Shown here in pieces: positions 22,919 through 37,016 of a stretch of DNA of 64,000 bases (the first letter of the stretch is position 1; every line of letters begins with the position of its first letter). This DNA comes from Epithemia pelagica (Eukaryota; Protista; Bacillariophyta): positions 2,790,001-2,854,000 of the forward strand of contig OX337239.1 of the NCBI GenBank assembly GCA_946965045.2, read 5' to 3'. A model generated the notes under the pieces. It searched no databases. It worked only from the letters and a program-made list of their open reading frames with translations, and was not told the DNA's origin. The position numbers and the translations under genes were made by a program.

Positions 22919-25900
22919 GCCGGATGGCAAGCGCCTGATCAACGCTTTGTGAGGTTTCTGCGATAAGCTGTTCGTCACTGGCACGCTCGCTGCACCTCGT
23001 GACTGGTTCATGTCACAGTGGGACCTTTCGCTAATTTGTGACTGGCGATCGCTCGCTGAATGCGTGCACGTATCCGTAAACGGGAGCCGTCTACTCACGC
23101 GATTGTACGCCTATCTAATCGTTACATAACGTTAACGATATTTAAATGAGCCTGCGGGCTTGGACAGCGTCGGCCGATGCCTTTTTTTTATTCTCGCAGA
23201 TTATCTCACTGAGATTTGCATTCATTCTCACTTTTTTGCAAATTTGGATGCTCATGCCTTTCGTACTGCCTTGGGCCGTTGTGGATACAACCAAGCAAAT
23301 GTCGCCGTCCTTACGGACCAGGGCTTTAGCACGACCACTGAGTTTATTGCCCTTCCCATCAACGAAGTGAAACCCATGCTGAAGGCTTTGTCTCGAATGA
23401 CCAATCATCCTCACGAGGTTGCCTTTCCGTACCAAGCCAACCTTAAGCTTGAAGGCTTCCGTCATTGGCTGGAGTACCGTTCTGTCCGCGGAGAGACTCT
23501 TACTGCTGGAACTTTTGAAGGTGATGTCATTGTCAAGTGGATGAAACGCGTAACGGAACTCACCTACGAATTGCGTGAACAGTCCGACGTACTGTACGAG
23601 GCACGTGGTAAAACCGATGGCACCGTTGATGATGACCTCATTGCTACGACGAAGCATGAGGGGGATCAGTACAAGGCCGATCGCCGTCGTGTCTATGAAC
23701 TGTACTATCCCATCATCTTTGATGGACCACCTTGGACCTTTTCCTAGGCCCATCAGAAGTCCCAGGATGGACGTGAAGCGTACCTCACTGTGAAACGACA
23801 GGCAACTGGACAAGCTGCTAGTATCCTACGCAAGAAGCAAGCTTATGCCCAGATTTCAACTGCCAAGTTCAATGGCCATGGACGCTACACATTGCAGCAA
23901 TACATCCACCGTCATCAACGTACGCACAACACCCTGGAAGAACTGGGCGAGACCGTTGCCGAAACGAAAAAGGTAACTGATTTCATGAATGGGATCACGG
24001 ATCCATCCCTCGTCAAGGCCAAGACCGTCGTCAATGGTGACCAGGCAAAGCTGGAGAGCTTTGAAGCATGCCAACAATATTTCTTGACTGTGCACAGTGC
24101 CGCAAAGACTGAAACGAACGACGAGTCTCGTAAGATCGCCGCAACAGTTACGACGAACTCGAACAAGGGCAAGGGTAAGGGTCGTAATCAGAAAAAAGCA
24201 AGAAAAAGAAGGATCGTATTTGTGCTGGTCACTACGAGGCCGATGAATGGGCCGACCTGACGGAGGACGAACGCAAACAAGTCCTAACCCTATGTAAAGA
24301 GAAAAAACAAGCGCAAGCTTGGCTCCGTCACCACAGACGACTCTTCCAACGCATCATCGAAGAAGTCCAAAACGTCTCATGGTAGTGATACTATTGACGA
24401 TGCAAAGCCGGAGCCTACGACCAATGTCTCGGTTGTCATGGAAGTCGACGAGAGCTTGCTTGAAACATCTTTAGACGACGCACGGTCTCTAGACAAGCAT
24501 GTTAAGTTTCGTGCTTCTGCCTCGTCCGTGCAGTCATCTGATGATGATTCTGTACCGGCTAAGTCTAATGCTGGCAACAGCTTTGGACGATTTGCTCATA
24601 AGGCCAAATTACAACCGAACGAACCCGGATCGGCCGTCGTCAAGTCTATGCGTACTCGTCCCATGGGGGAATATGAAACGTACGCGCCGATGTGGCAATG
24701 GGAGCAGGATGGACGTCCTGATATGAGCCACATGCACATTCCTCCTGTCCCTGAGGAAGCTGCCTATGAAAGGCAAGTTCCTTGAAGGCACTCGCAATGT
24801 TAGTTTGCTTACCTAAGAGGACCAACGACTCTTGAAATCTGGGTTCTATGAAGAGATTGAAACGATCGTTTATAACAGTCCTGTCTGGTCTTGGCGTTGG
24901 TCCAAAATGCAAGGTCCGGAAAAAGAACGTCGCAAACAGTATTGGGTGTGTAAGCGTTTAGCCGAACATACGGAACAGTTCGACGAGGCGTTGAAGTACA
25001 CCATGCTTGCCAATGACGCATTGAAAGGTGCCAACGAAGATTGGAACCTATGCGGCAAACGATCGACTGATCTTGATTTTGGTGTTGGTGACCCTAATGT
25101 CACTAATGATTCCTCCTGATGGAGTGTGCCCTGTGCATCTGCTGCTGCAGTGAATAATGATAAAACGCATCTTATTGTTCCTACACCCAATTTAATTATT
25201 CAGCACGTTTTGCACGTCGTTTATGTGCAATGAACACCGATGAACATGGTGAGACCATGAGTTAACCTGTGAATTAGACTCACATGCGGACACCTGCGCT
25301 GTGGGAAGAGACTTCGTTATGCTCTCCGAACCCCACCGCTATATCAGTGTGCACCCATTTTCGGAGGAATATACACCGTTGTCAAATGTCCCTATTGCGA
25401 CCACTGCTAGTGTCTGGACAGATAGCGACAACCAGTCGTACTTGCTTGTCATTCACCAAGCATTGTTCTTAGGGGACCGTATGGGCAGTTTGTTACGCTG
25501 TCCCAACCAAATGCGTGCCAACGGTATTGTGGTCAATGACGTACCGAAACAATTTGACCCACAAAGTACGCATAGCGTCCCTGTGCCGGATGCCGACCTT
25601 GTCATACCACTTACCCAGACTGGTGTGATCAGTGGCTTTGCCACTTGTAAACCCACTTCTGACGAGCTTGAACACTTGCCGCGCATAGTGCTAACTGCTG
25701 ATAGCCCTTGGCAACATCCGACCTTTGCCAACGCGGAGGAGAAACTGGGTGTAGCTGCAGCTACTGCCGTTTGCAATGGCGATCAACATTCGATTGCATT
25801 CAAAATTCGATTGCCCCAATTTCTATTCCAAGCCTTCTCCACTCCACAGCCTTATCTGGAAGCCGACGCAAATGGCGATGACCTATACAAACGATTGATA

Positions 25901-28745
25901 GCGACGGTCACCGTTCATCCAGAGAAGGAGGAGCCTGATGAGGTCCCGGAGGATCACCGTGAACGTAAATTGTTCATGATCAAGACTGCCAAAGAGTCTT
26001 CCCCAGCCAATCCTGCTGGAAAGGGAACACTTGATGCAACCGTACTGTCACAGCGTTGGGGCATAGGTTTGTCCAAAGCAAAGAATACGCTGAAAGTGAC
26101 GAAACGTTTTAATCCCGTCCGAGCGTAAAGTCCGCAAAAAGGCTCCATGGCTCAAGTTCCCAAATTTGAAAGGCCGTTGGTTCTCGGATGAGATGTTTTC
26201 CAAGGAGGTCTCACTGAACGGGGACACGGGTGCCTCTGTCTTTACTGATGGCAAAGGATTTGATCACGTTTACCCCTGGAAGTCCAAGAAGCAACATCCT
26301 GAAGGATTGATGTCTTTGATCCACAACGTAGGGATTACGCAGACAATGGTATCTGATGGTGCCATGGAATTCTTCCAAGGGAAGTCCCGTGAAATATGCA
26401 ACGAATATCGCATCAAGATGGAGAAAACGGTTCCCTACAGTCCATGCAGAATGCCGCCAAAGCGAGCATTCGTGAGCTAAAGAAGGGAGTAGTCAAAGTC
26501 ATGAGAATGACCGGAGCACCACGACGTCTATGGAGCTATGCTCTTAAATGGTGCACACACGTACGGCAACTCACGGCATCCGACATCCCTGAATTAGATG
26601 GACGCACACCGTTCGAGCATGTGGTTGGCTCCACACCCGACATTTCTCCATTAGCCATGCTCCAATTCTATCAGCCGGTGTATTATCGCACACCCACGTC
26701 TCAGTTTCCCTTCGAGAAAAAGCTGATTGGACGATGGTTGGGCCTTGCCGATGATTGCATGGATGATATGGCCTATGAAATCCTGACGCATGAAGGCAAC
26801 CATGTCACACGGAAAGATGTGTAGGCCATTTTGGATGACGATCTCACGAATCCGACGATTCGACAGCAGATGACAGACTATGATGCCGCTATTCAGACGA
26901 AACTGAAAGAGCCACCATCTGGGAGTGATCCACCCCCAGACCTCTTTGACGAAGGCGAGATAGTTGAGGCCTTATGTCCAGAAGCCGAAGCACTGGAATC
27001 CGAAAGCTATTGAAAAGGAAATGACTATTGAAAAGGAAATGAAGAACGTTGGCATTGCTTTCGAATTTCCAGCCGATGGTGAAGTGCCTCCTGGATACGA
27101 GCACATTCCATGCCATATGGTCTTTGATATCAAATCTGATCTGCGACATAAAGCACGGTTAGTGGCCGGAGGCCATAAGACTGATCCACCCAAAGAGTCG
27201 ACATACTCAAGTGTGGTATCACGCGATAGGGTACGTATTACTTTCACTATCGCTGCACATAATGGTCTAGATGTTCTTGTCGGCGATGTGCAAAATGCGT
27301 ATCTGAATGCACCGACTAAGGAAAAGACCTATACTACCGCGGGACTCGAATTTGGACCAGATAGGGTTGGACAACCCGCACTGATTGTTCGTGCATTGTA
27401 TGGTCTGAAAAGTTCTGCCACATCGCTGCAATGCTCTGTGATATGGGATTTAAGATGTGTCAAGCTGATCCAGATGTATGGCTCCGAGCGAACACTCGAC
27501 CCTCTGATGGTTTCCAGTATTACGAATATGTCTTGGTCTACATTGATGATCTACTGATCGTTAGTCATGATCGCTCGACTGTGATGCAGGACCTACAGAA
27601 ACGCTATATTAAGCCTGATAGTATCAAACCACCCGACGAATGCCTGGGATCTGAAATACAGCATTATACCATTCCCAACACGAATGATCCCGCAAATCGA
27701 GATCGTTGGGCCATGTCCGCTGACAAGTATTGTAAGCGTGCTATTGCTTAAGTCGAGGTTGAGCTGGAGAAATCTGGGGAGAAGCTCAAGTCCAAAGTGA
27801 CTATGCCTATCTCTGATGGATATCGCCCGCAAGACGCGTAAACTAATACCAAGGACTGATTGGTATTCTCCGTTGGATTGTTGAACTCGGTCGCATCGAC
27901 ATCGTAACCGCAGTCTCCCATATGTCCCGTTACATGGCGAATCCACGAGAGGGACATCTAGAGCAGACATTGCACATCTTTGCGTATTTGAAGAAGTATG
28001 ATAAATCCGCCATTGTGCTCGACGACACAACACCCGACTTCGACTAGTCACGTTTTTGTCGACCGAATTGGTCCGAGTATTATCCTGATGCTGCCGAGCC
28101 GATTCCACCCAACGCACCAGCTCCGCGTGGAAACGCTGTCACCACGACTTGCTTTGTCGATGCTGATCATACTGGATGTCGTGTCACGCATGTATTCAAA
28201 ACTACAAAACACTGTTGAAACGTCTACATTTGGCAGTGAGTTCGTGGCGATGAAGCATTTCGTTATAAGCTGCGAATGATGGGCATTCCCATTGATGGTG
28301 AGACGAATATGTTTTGCGACAATGAATCTGTGTTTAAGAACTCGACGCAACCGGAATCCGTCCTAAAGAAGAAGCCCAACACAATTGCTTATCATCGGAC
28401 GCGTGAAGCACAAGCTGCTGGCATTGTGCGTATTGCATGGGAGGAAGGTAAAACGAATCTTGCCGATATCCTAACCAAATTGCTACCTGGACCACGGCTA
28501 CGGTTCTTAGGCCAACGTATCATGTGGTAGCACATGACGAACTAAACGAAGTGACCCACCCCGATTTTGTTCGCGGGGACTAAATAAAAGGTGACGGGCC
28601 CTCGCTATTTGGCCCGGAGCTCGCTGTTTGGCCCCTCTGTGAGCGATCGCCCACTATGGGGCACCCCCTAGTTTAGTTGCCATAATTTCTGATAGTTTGA
28701 TTGTTGCAAGCCGTATTTTGCATCTTTCCGTCAGTTTTTATTCCA
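22919..28745 (+). mobile_element. Copia family A copy A3; no 5' LTR, decayed gag-pol through RNase H, 3' LTR
   Basis: Same 5' UTR start as A1 (GCCGGATGGCAAGCGCCTGATCAACGCT); RT YIDD; RNase H (FCDNESV, NLADILTK); PPT then LTR. Confidence 0.95.
28592..28745 (+). repeat. 3' LTR of A3 (154 bp)
   Basis: TGACGGG...TATTCCA after PPT GGGGACTAAATAAAAGG. Confidence 0.85.
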
Positions 28746-28839
28746 TATTTCAAGTTTTGCAACGGGAGGTAATTCCTACCCTCATTGGGAATTACTCACC
28801 CAGTTTGACTTTGTTGGAGTCTATCTAGCGAATTTTTTT

Positions 28840-31716
28840 TTGGTTTTTGTGTACTCCTCAGCGGTCAATCACGTTTCACATCCGGGTTTCGTTTCTGTTC
28901 ATCTGGGTTTTTTGAGTTCACAAGGGAGATTGCTACCTGGTGGACCTTGCTGCTCAGAGAATCTACAACTAGAACTTATTCAAGATTTGCATACTGAAGA
29001 GGAGGATTCACAATGGAGGGAAAATGAAGCTATTTCCATACCCCCAGTTTGGGAGCATGCCATCACCAATCTTCTGGGTTATGGTCCTGAAAGTATGACT
29101 GGTCTCAATTTGAGGAAATGGGTATTACATCAACAGTTTACCAATGATCTTGAAGAGTTTGCAGCATGGGAAGCATCCTACTTTAAACTTCATGGTGATG
29201 CACTAGACCGAGGCACTATGGTCTTCTCAGAGCAACCAAACACACAACTTCTTCGTCGCAATCAGGCAAAACAACTTCGTGGGCTATGGTGCTATATTGC
29301 TCACTTCTACCTTCATGAAGGTCTTGGCTTAGAAGGTTATGTCCCAAGTCTTCGTCCTGATAACTGGACATGTCTTTCGGCATCAGACCTGCGAATTTGG
29401 TTGATCAACTTCCACCGTGAAACTTTGAAATCGGAGCGAGTCAGATCTACCAGTTCCTCATGGAATACATCACTTGGTCTATTCCAGAAAGGGATTACAC
29501 AAGGAGTTTCAGCATATCCTGCATTGCAGAATGACAAGTACTACAACTCCTTTATTCGTCTCAAGATCTACAATTCCAATGCCTGGTCATCTCCTTCCAC
29601 ACCGCGTCATGTCAATCTCCATGTCACTTCCCTGGGAAATTCTAATGACACTGGTCACACTGGAGATCCCTGTCATCATACGAATGAGGAGTCTCCTTGT
29701 CTGTCTGATTCTCCCACAATGAAACAGGCGTCTCCTTCTCTGTCCAATTCTCCCACAATGCCACCTGATGTTGACGAGGAGTGAATCACCACCATTGCTG
29801 ATACCACGATGCAGAATATGTCCCATGGTTATCCATCCAAAACCTCTCATACCAATCCCAAACAGAAAGTCAATATGACTACCACATCACTGTTGCTACA
29901 GCATACCGATTTGGCTCTCTTGTTCATTGCGGTGCCAATGGAGGTCTCGCTGGTGGCGAAGTTCGTGTTCTTTCTCGCAGTGATCGCAAGATCTATGTTA
30001 CCGGATATGGGACTCCTGAACAGATCCTTCCCAGTCCCTATGTGAGGACACCTTCTGGATCGGACTAGGCAGATCCTAATCATGACTCAGCTGACTCTCC
30101 TTCATGGGACCCTGATCCTCCAAATCCTGATTCCCATTATTCTTTTCTGGATCGCCTTGGTCATTCTAGTGAGCATGTCATCACCGACCTGAACACACTG
30201 GTGGGGATCCCATCCAGCATTATTTGCATGCATGACTTCAAGAAGGAGCCTCCCGATTGTTTGAATCTGCATCCATTCTGTGGTGGGTGCAATCAAGGTA
30301 CTATTATGACAATCTTTGCACACCATACTACTTGTTTGTCACCAGATGGTGAAGAGTCGTCTCCTCATTCCAAGCCTAAGACGTTGACCTTGTCTCATCA
30401 TGAGGATGATCCATCTGTCGCCAAACAAATGCCTGACTCCAATGTCAATGATCTTATTGGACACTCTTTTCTCATGTCAACTGATGCAAATGGGGAGAAA
30501 ATGCAAGCAAGGATGACAGAGAAGGTAATCGAGCGCACTGAGAAGATTGGAGAGTTGGAGAAAATCAACTTCAAACTTGATATTGGACAAAGTCGAGCAG
30601 AACATATTGTCCACTACAATCAGCTTCATGAACACATTGAAAGAGCATAACAAGATGACAATGGTCCGTTCCACTTCCAAGATATCATTGGACATCAAGG
30701 CCCCTTCAAAAGTGGAGATCGTGAATATCAAGGTTCCCCTCACAATGTTTGTGTCCTAAGGAAGACTGGGGAGCTCACAGATTAACCAGTGCTCAACCAT
30801 ATTGCATCTGACAACCCAGTGACATGTGCAGTATATGCAAAGAGGAATAATCTCCTTCACGAACCTGGATGGAAGAGATTCAAACATTTGGCAAAGGATC
30901 AGAAAATCCTTTCAGGCGCCATCAATCAATCCAAGTTATGCCAAGCCCGTCATTCTGTTGTCTATATGTTTGGATACCAAGTTCCAAAGGACTATGAGGA
31001 ACCTGTACAGCCAGACAAGCAAAATGGGACCATCAAATGGAATGCCACAATCCTCGAGATGTCCCATGTCATGAACTACCAGGTGCATGGTGATAAGGAC
31101 AGTGCATTCTATGGACCTGGAAAGACATTGGGCAATAAGTCGAAGGATTATCTCAAGTTGTGTGTCCGTTTGGTGAATACTGCAAAGTACAATGCTCCTC
31201 ACAAAGCAAGGCTTGCTCCTGGAGGACACTTGACAACAGAAAAGGTCAAAAGCATTTGCTCTGGAATTGTTTCTAAACGTCTGCGCATGGTCGTCTCCCT
31301 TGCCAAACTCAAGAATTCAGAGGTAAGGGGAGCTCATATTGGAAATGTCAATCACAAAGCCATTTCTGCAAAGATCATGGGTTTCTTTTGGTGGATTGAC
31401 GCACAGATCTACAAGACAGACATTCTGAACCAACACTATGACAATGCTAGTGTGCATTCCATTATCAAGGGCCTGTTTGACTTGAAAGGAAAGACAAATG
31501 GGATCATGTGGTTGACAACCTCAAGTAGGGGAGTCATACGATTTCAACAGTCGTTGTATCTCGGTACTTGAGGTAGTAGACCCTGTCAGTCTGTCCACTG
31601 TTCACGAAGGCATAAATGACCGCAATCACACATCACGCAACACATCAATGACCCTTATCATACATGACACATATGCCCCAAGACAGTATATTTAGCCCCC
31701 AAGACACTCCATGTCT
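28840..31716 (+). mobile_element. Second CoDi-like copia lineage (B), internally deleted; 3' LTR-B at 31534-31716
   Basis: Gag motif LFQKGITQGVSAYPALQNDKYYNSF; YMFGYQVPKDYEE; KARLAPGGHLT; RNase H tail TDILNQHYDNASV; PPT then LTR. Confidence 0.85.
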
Positions 31717-32079
31717 TGGCATCTCCACATACATCTTATCAAGAATCTCATCTGATCTTGACTGGATACCAAATTTGTCCAAGGAATCAGAACCAAACCA
31801 AGACCAGATCCATTTTCATCATTTTCACCATTTCATCAATCACAGCCAAGTAATCACAATATTCAGAAATTATCTTAAGGAAAGACATCTGCACACAGTT
31901 TGACCTAGCCTTGGGACTAGCAAGAATATTGCTTGCTTTCTAATTGCTTCATCTGTTTCCCTGTCTTGGCAATCCCAAGCAGACAAGGAATCGATCTGTC
32001 ACCAACACCCTTCCCCAACACCCTTCCATATAACAAACACCCTCAATGTTTTCCCTCCGCTGACTCATGAACTCGCATC

Positions 32080-33775
32080 GCTGCAAAGCTCAGCAAGGTG
32101 ATTAGTCGGGGCTACTTCGATCAACATACTCAGGTGGTTAGCCTCAGGGATTTTTTCGAGGCTCCCAAGGGCAAAGATGATATACGGAAGGTATATAATG
32201 GTACGAGTTCGGGGCTTTGGCTGCCAACCGTGGAAACATCCTTGCGCCTTCTCAAAACAGCGTCATATTGTGGGGACATGGATTTGGGTGAAATGTTCCT
32301 AAACTTCCCCATGGATACGCACATCCGTTCATATGCTGTGGTGGATCTTTGTTCCATTCAAGACTTGCTTCCTGCTTCCCTCTCTAATCCTAGAGTCAGA
32401 TGGAATTGGCTCTTTATGGGTATGCTTCCCAGCGCCTATCATGCAGTTGAGCAGTTTAATCTAGCAGAAAAAGTGGCACGTGGGTCCCCTCATGATCTCA
32501 CGAGTCCATGTGGCTTTGATGAAGTTTGGTTTAATATCCCAGGGTCCCAAGACTACTCCCCTACACTACCCTGGGTCATGAAGTGGAACACGCGAACCAA
32601 CGGTATAGCTGGTGACTTCGTCGCATACATGGACGATATCCGATTTGTTGGTTCCACTGCAGAAAATGCATGGCAAGTAGGGCGTAGACTCGCCTCAGGA
32701 CTACAATACATGGGCATCCAGGATGCACCACGAAAACGGCGGCCACCATCAATGACACCGGGTGCTTGGGCTGGATCGGTACAACATATTTTGGAGACGG
32801 ATGTATCCAAGACAATCACACAAGCAAAGTGGGACAAGGGCAAAACCATTCTGGAGACCTATCAACGTGCCTTTTCGGAAAACAGCATCCCTTCTTTGGA
32901 CCACAAACAAATGCAACGGGATATAGGATTCCTGGTTCACCTGGCCATGACGTTTTCATGTGCTATGCCATTCTTGGAGGACACAACAAAAAAGGATGGA
33001 AGCTGTCTGCTTGAGAATGGATCATGGAACTACAAGAAAAATTGGACACTCGAGAAATAGACACACTGTATAGCTTCCTGGATGAGGACTACTCAGATAG
33101 TAATTTTGCGAAACCTGCACCATTGGACAAGACATCCTCGGAGTCAAAGCCGCCACGCTTGGTAAAGAGTGTCCCTCGATTGAAAAGTGATATCAAGGCC
33201 CTAGCCACTCTTTTTGAAAGCGATCATTCCCCCATCATCAAGATCCGATGCAACACCATCTTCATTGCATTGTTCAGCTCAGGAGATGCATCAGGAACCA
33301 GGTTTGGCTCGGTCGTTCAAATCCCTCAAAAGGGCTTGTCCTATAGAATTGGTGTGTGGGATCAAGACATTGTGGTCGGAGAATCTTTCAACTGGGGAGA
33401 CTTAACAAATTGCGTAGAGGCCTTCGAAGAAGAGGCTGAACAAGGCAATCTCCATTCATCCGAGGTCTATTTCTTCACAGACAACTCGACGGTAGAACGT
33501 TGTTTCTACAAGGGATCGTCGTCGAGTCCCAAGCTTTTGGATTTGGTTATTAGACTGCGGCACCTAGAATGACCTATTCTCTGCGGCTGCACATTTCCCA
33601 CGTCTCCCACGTCTCACAAAAAAAGATGATAACCTGGGGCGTGGATGGGATTTCACCTGGACAGCAGAATGAAGGCGTCATGGCAGGTCAGCCCATGCTC
33701 TCTTTTATTCCACTTACAAAAACCCCGATTCAATTGTCCGAGAATCTGACGGATTGGGTGATGTCCTGGTTATAA
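32080..33775 (+). pseudogene. DIRS/Ngaro-like retroelement RT-RNase H relic
   Basis: DMDLGEMFLNFP, YMDD, GIQDAPRKRR, PGAWAG; RNase H GDASG, FFTDNST, YKGSSSSPKL. No tyrosine recombinase seen. Confidence 0.8.
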
Positions 33776-35607
33776 ATAGAATATTTTCGTCGTGGCACAG
33801 ACCAAATGAGACTTTCATACGTAGGTCGACGTCTTGTAGTTCATTCAAACTTGCCGCTCTGCACGTATTACTCACTAAGCTTTTGATTTATCCTCTACTT
33901 GTATTAGCCCGAGTGTGAGAACTGGTGTAGGTGCCATGGTTGTCAAGCTTAAAGCAATCGTCGATGGACGATTTCTCATCGTGGCACAAACCACATGAGA
34001 TTTCGACCAAAAGACGACGACACTCGGTTCATCCAATATAAGCTCTCTACACGTCCTACTTAGTTGAAACTTTGGTTTGAGCCTACCTTACCTTTTACAA
34101 GTGTTAGCTCTCTGCTCCTAAGACAGAAACTGGTTTTGACTTATGAAGCAAGTGTTTTCCCTTTTTTTCTAAGGTCAGAACTACTATAAGTTACTCAACT
34201 ATCACTACGACGACGTTAATGAATGTAGATGCCGTCATATTCATCTTGTTGTGTCTCGGCAAAGGTAAAGGACATTTTGCTATCGACAGCAGTTCCACAG
34301 GAAGATGCAGTCTTGAAGCTGTGCATTGATGTGGTACTCCTCAGTGAGACACATGATAACGGACTGGGCTGAGCTCATCAGCAAACTTGATCTTGGTGTG
34401 GCGCAATGGAAAGTTGCTTCCGCCGTTCGATCCGTGCTCAACTACGTCGTCACGAATCTTGAGGATCGATGTGTAACCAAACACCAATAATGCAACAGCA
34501 ACTGCGACAGCCGCTCCATCCCCCGGACCACGCAATGTGTGATATGATCTATCTGCAGGAATAGTGCTACCCGACCCTCCAAAGGACACGGCACCTCACA
34601 CAAATTCACCCACCATCACCAGGAAATTCATCTTCCAGAATTCTTTTCCATAAGAAGAAGACGCGATACATATCATATCTCCTTTACTTGTAGACTTCAA
34701 CGGATATGATCCTTCCATTGTCACTAGTCCCATTCGTGCTATTGCGCTGAATCCTTCGGAACAGTTGTACGACGACACAATCAACCATATGTCCACGTGT
34801 GGAACTCCGGACGGGAAATATCTCATTGGAATGCAAATCTACCACAACTGTCTCCCAGGATATGACAACCTTCACCATTGGCAAGGGGCGCAGGTTGTCA
34901 GGACATCGGTAATTTACGAAGACGCACACCCCATTGCTGTTGTTACTTCCTCTGCACCTAAGCTTGACGTCCTTTGTCATACCAATACCGCTTGGACAGT
35001 GGTTTGTCACCAACAATTGCCCAACATCAATACAGGCGAAGACTTTTCCGTTGGAACTGGTCTTATCATGTCTCCTGTAGATCAAGCATCCGGCTCTCTC
35101 ACCGTTCCATTCCCTTTCCTTAAACTCTTTCCCTGATCTGCCCTTCCCCTACTCCTGAGCACTTGACTATACTTCCTGTCATTATCAACCTTCGCTATTC
35201 AATAGTTTCACTTTATTCCAGTTTCAAATGACGTCTTATTCATGACTAAACCTCACTAACCTACTCACATCCTGCACGCTGCATGACGTCATATTTATGT
35301 ATAAGTCGATTATTGTGTACCAGCTGAGACTGCCTCGGCGAAAAATACTCACCTTCTACTTAATAGAGTACGGACTACGGAGAGACCGCCTCCTCCACCC
35401 AATTTTTTCAAAGGCCCCGTGCGTGATTGGGGAAGTTGTTGGGATTCGTTTTTTGAAAGTAAAACACTTACTTTGTTTTTGTTGTTTACTTATGTGTTTA
35501 TGTGTCTGAGTGACTCGTCTAACCCAATCATACCCAATCATATCTCTGCCTTGCAAAACTAGCACCCCCCCATATGTGGGAGGTAGCATTATCCCTCGTA
35601 GAAACCC

Positions 35608-36260
35608 GGAACACCCGGAACTATGACCTCTTCAGCATTATGACCACATAGCTAGAGGACACTTGTTGTCTCATAGCTATCATAGACTAGGTATCTTGTT
35701 GTCTTTTTCCTGTTTGGCGAGTCTGTCGTTTCCAGCGAGCGGGACGACACATACAAACCGGTGTCACACAATTGATTGTTGTACTGAGATCTACACTAGC
35801 TAATCCTCATAGATTTGTTGGTCCCGCTCACAACGGTCGATATGCACGACTCCACTTACAAAACATTCCGTTCCCACTTCAGGGGTGTTTAAGTCTAATA
35901 GACAAGTTTTATGGTAGTGTACATCGGTACTATTTTAAATGTACAAATGTACTATAAATATACCAAAGCACGGTCCCAGATGATCCATAACTAACCATGG
36001 ACTCTGCACGTGCTCGAGAACTGCCCTCCCCCATCGTACAGTCACTATTTGTACACAAATTGATCAAGACAAGAAGATAAGAAGACAACAAGACAACGTG
36101 ACAATGTGACAACGTGACAACGTGACAACGAGGCAACAAGACAACAAGACAACAAGACAACAAGACAACAAGACAACAAGACAACAAGACGAAGACAACA
36201 AGACAACAAGACAAAGACAACAAGACAAACACAACAATCAACCAACGGCTACTACGAAGT
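35608..36260 (+). repeat. Left TIR (~650 bp) including a GACAACAA microsatellite (~36085-36230)
   Basis: Reverse complement of 40396-41010 with few substitutions, from GGAACACCCGGA to CTACTACGAAGT. Confidence 0.95.
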
Positions 36261-36277
36261 AACAGCTAGTGACGGAT

Positions 36278-36667
36278 TTAGGAGTCATTGGACATGGTTA
36301 TGGATTGAGGATCAAAGTCGACCGGACGGAGCCAAGCCTTGACTCCCAAGCTGCGCTGCTTCTCAATGGCACATTGGAGGTGAAGCTTGAAGATCATCAC
36401 AAACTGCCAGACGAGGTGGTTCAGTTTCTTGTTGAGGTCGCCGTGCTGCTGGAGAACAGCCTCCTCCCGGCATCGAGGGTTTCTGCAGGCACTCTTGAGC
36501 TCCACATTTTCGTTCTTGACGATAGTGTGCTTCAAGGACCCTTCTCCCATGTCGACGATGACGCTCATCTTGTACTTGGTCGGGCCACGCTTCGGATCAA
36601 GCCAACCTGTCAAGCCCGCATACTTGCCTCCAACAAAGTGGATCGGTTCACCCTTCACGCTACTCAT
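36278..36667 (-). CDS. Small protein with an N-terminal KOW-like motif
   Basis: KGEPIHFVGGKYAGLTGWL fits the KOW pattern G-x2-V-x-(V/I)-x2-G-x-(Y/F)-x-G-x2-G. Confidence 0.55.
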   Translation of the reverse strand: MSSVKGEPIHFVGGKYAGLTGWLDPKRGPTKYKMSVIVDMGEGSLKHTIVKNENVELKSACRNPRCREEAVLQQHGDLNKKLNHLVWQFVMIFKLHLQCAIEKQRSLGVKAWLRPVDFDPQSITMSNDS

Positions 36668-37016
36668 TTCCAACTCAGCAATCAACAAAACAATCAACGA
36701 AACAATCAACGAGGAAGCAACAAGAAGCTGCGAGGACAGTATGTGATGGAAAAAGAGCAGCGTGCAATCACAACACCAACAGAGACCAAATCGCTGGACA
36801 TGCTTCCCCCGTGAAACATATCACAGTAGAGAAACCTTAAAATACTTAAGATCACATTTCTACATAATCATAGCAGTTCGATCGTGATGATCTCGGCGAC
36901 AACAAAGTAGAAGTACGCCAAGATGATTTGAGCGACAACAAAGTAGAAGTAGTCCTAGAATATCACTCACAAAACTACGCATACCAAACGATTTCCTACG
37001 CTATGGAATTTCTCTT

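Noticed and set aside
34200-35136. Decayed plus-strand gene
   Set aside because: Coding-like but broken, with no motif I can name.
35930-36245. Leu/Val/Cys-rich ORFs here and at 40231-40684
   Set aside because: Translations of the GACAACAA microsatellite inside the TIRs.
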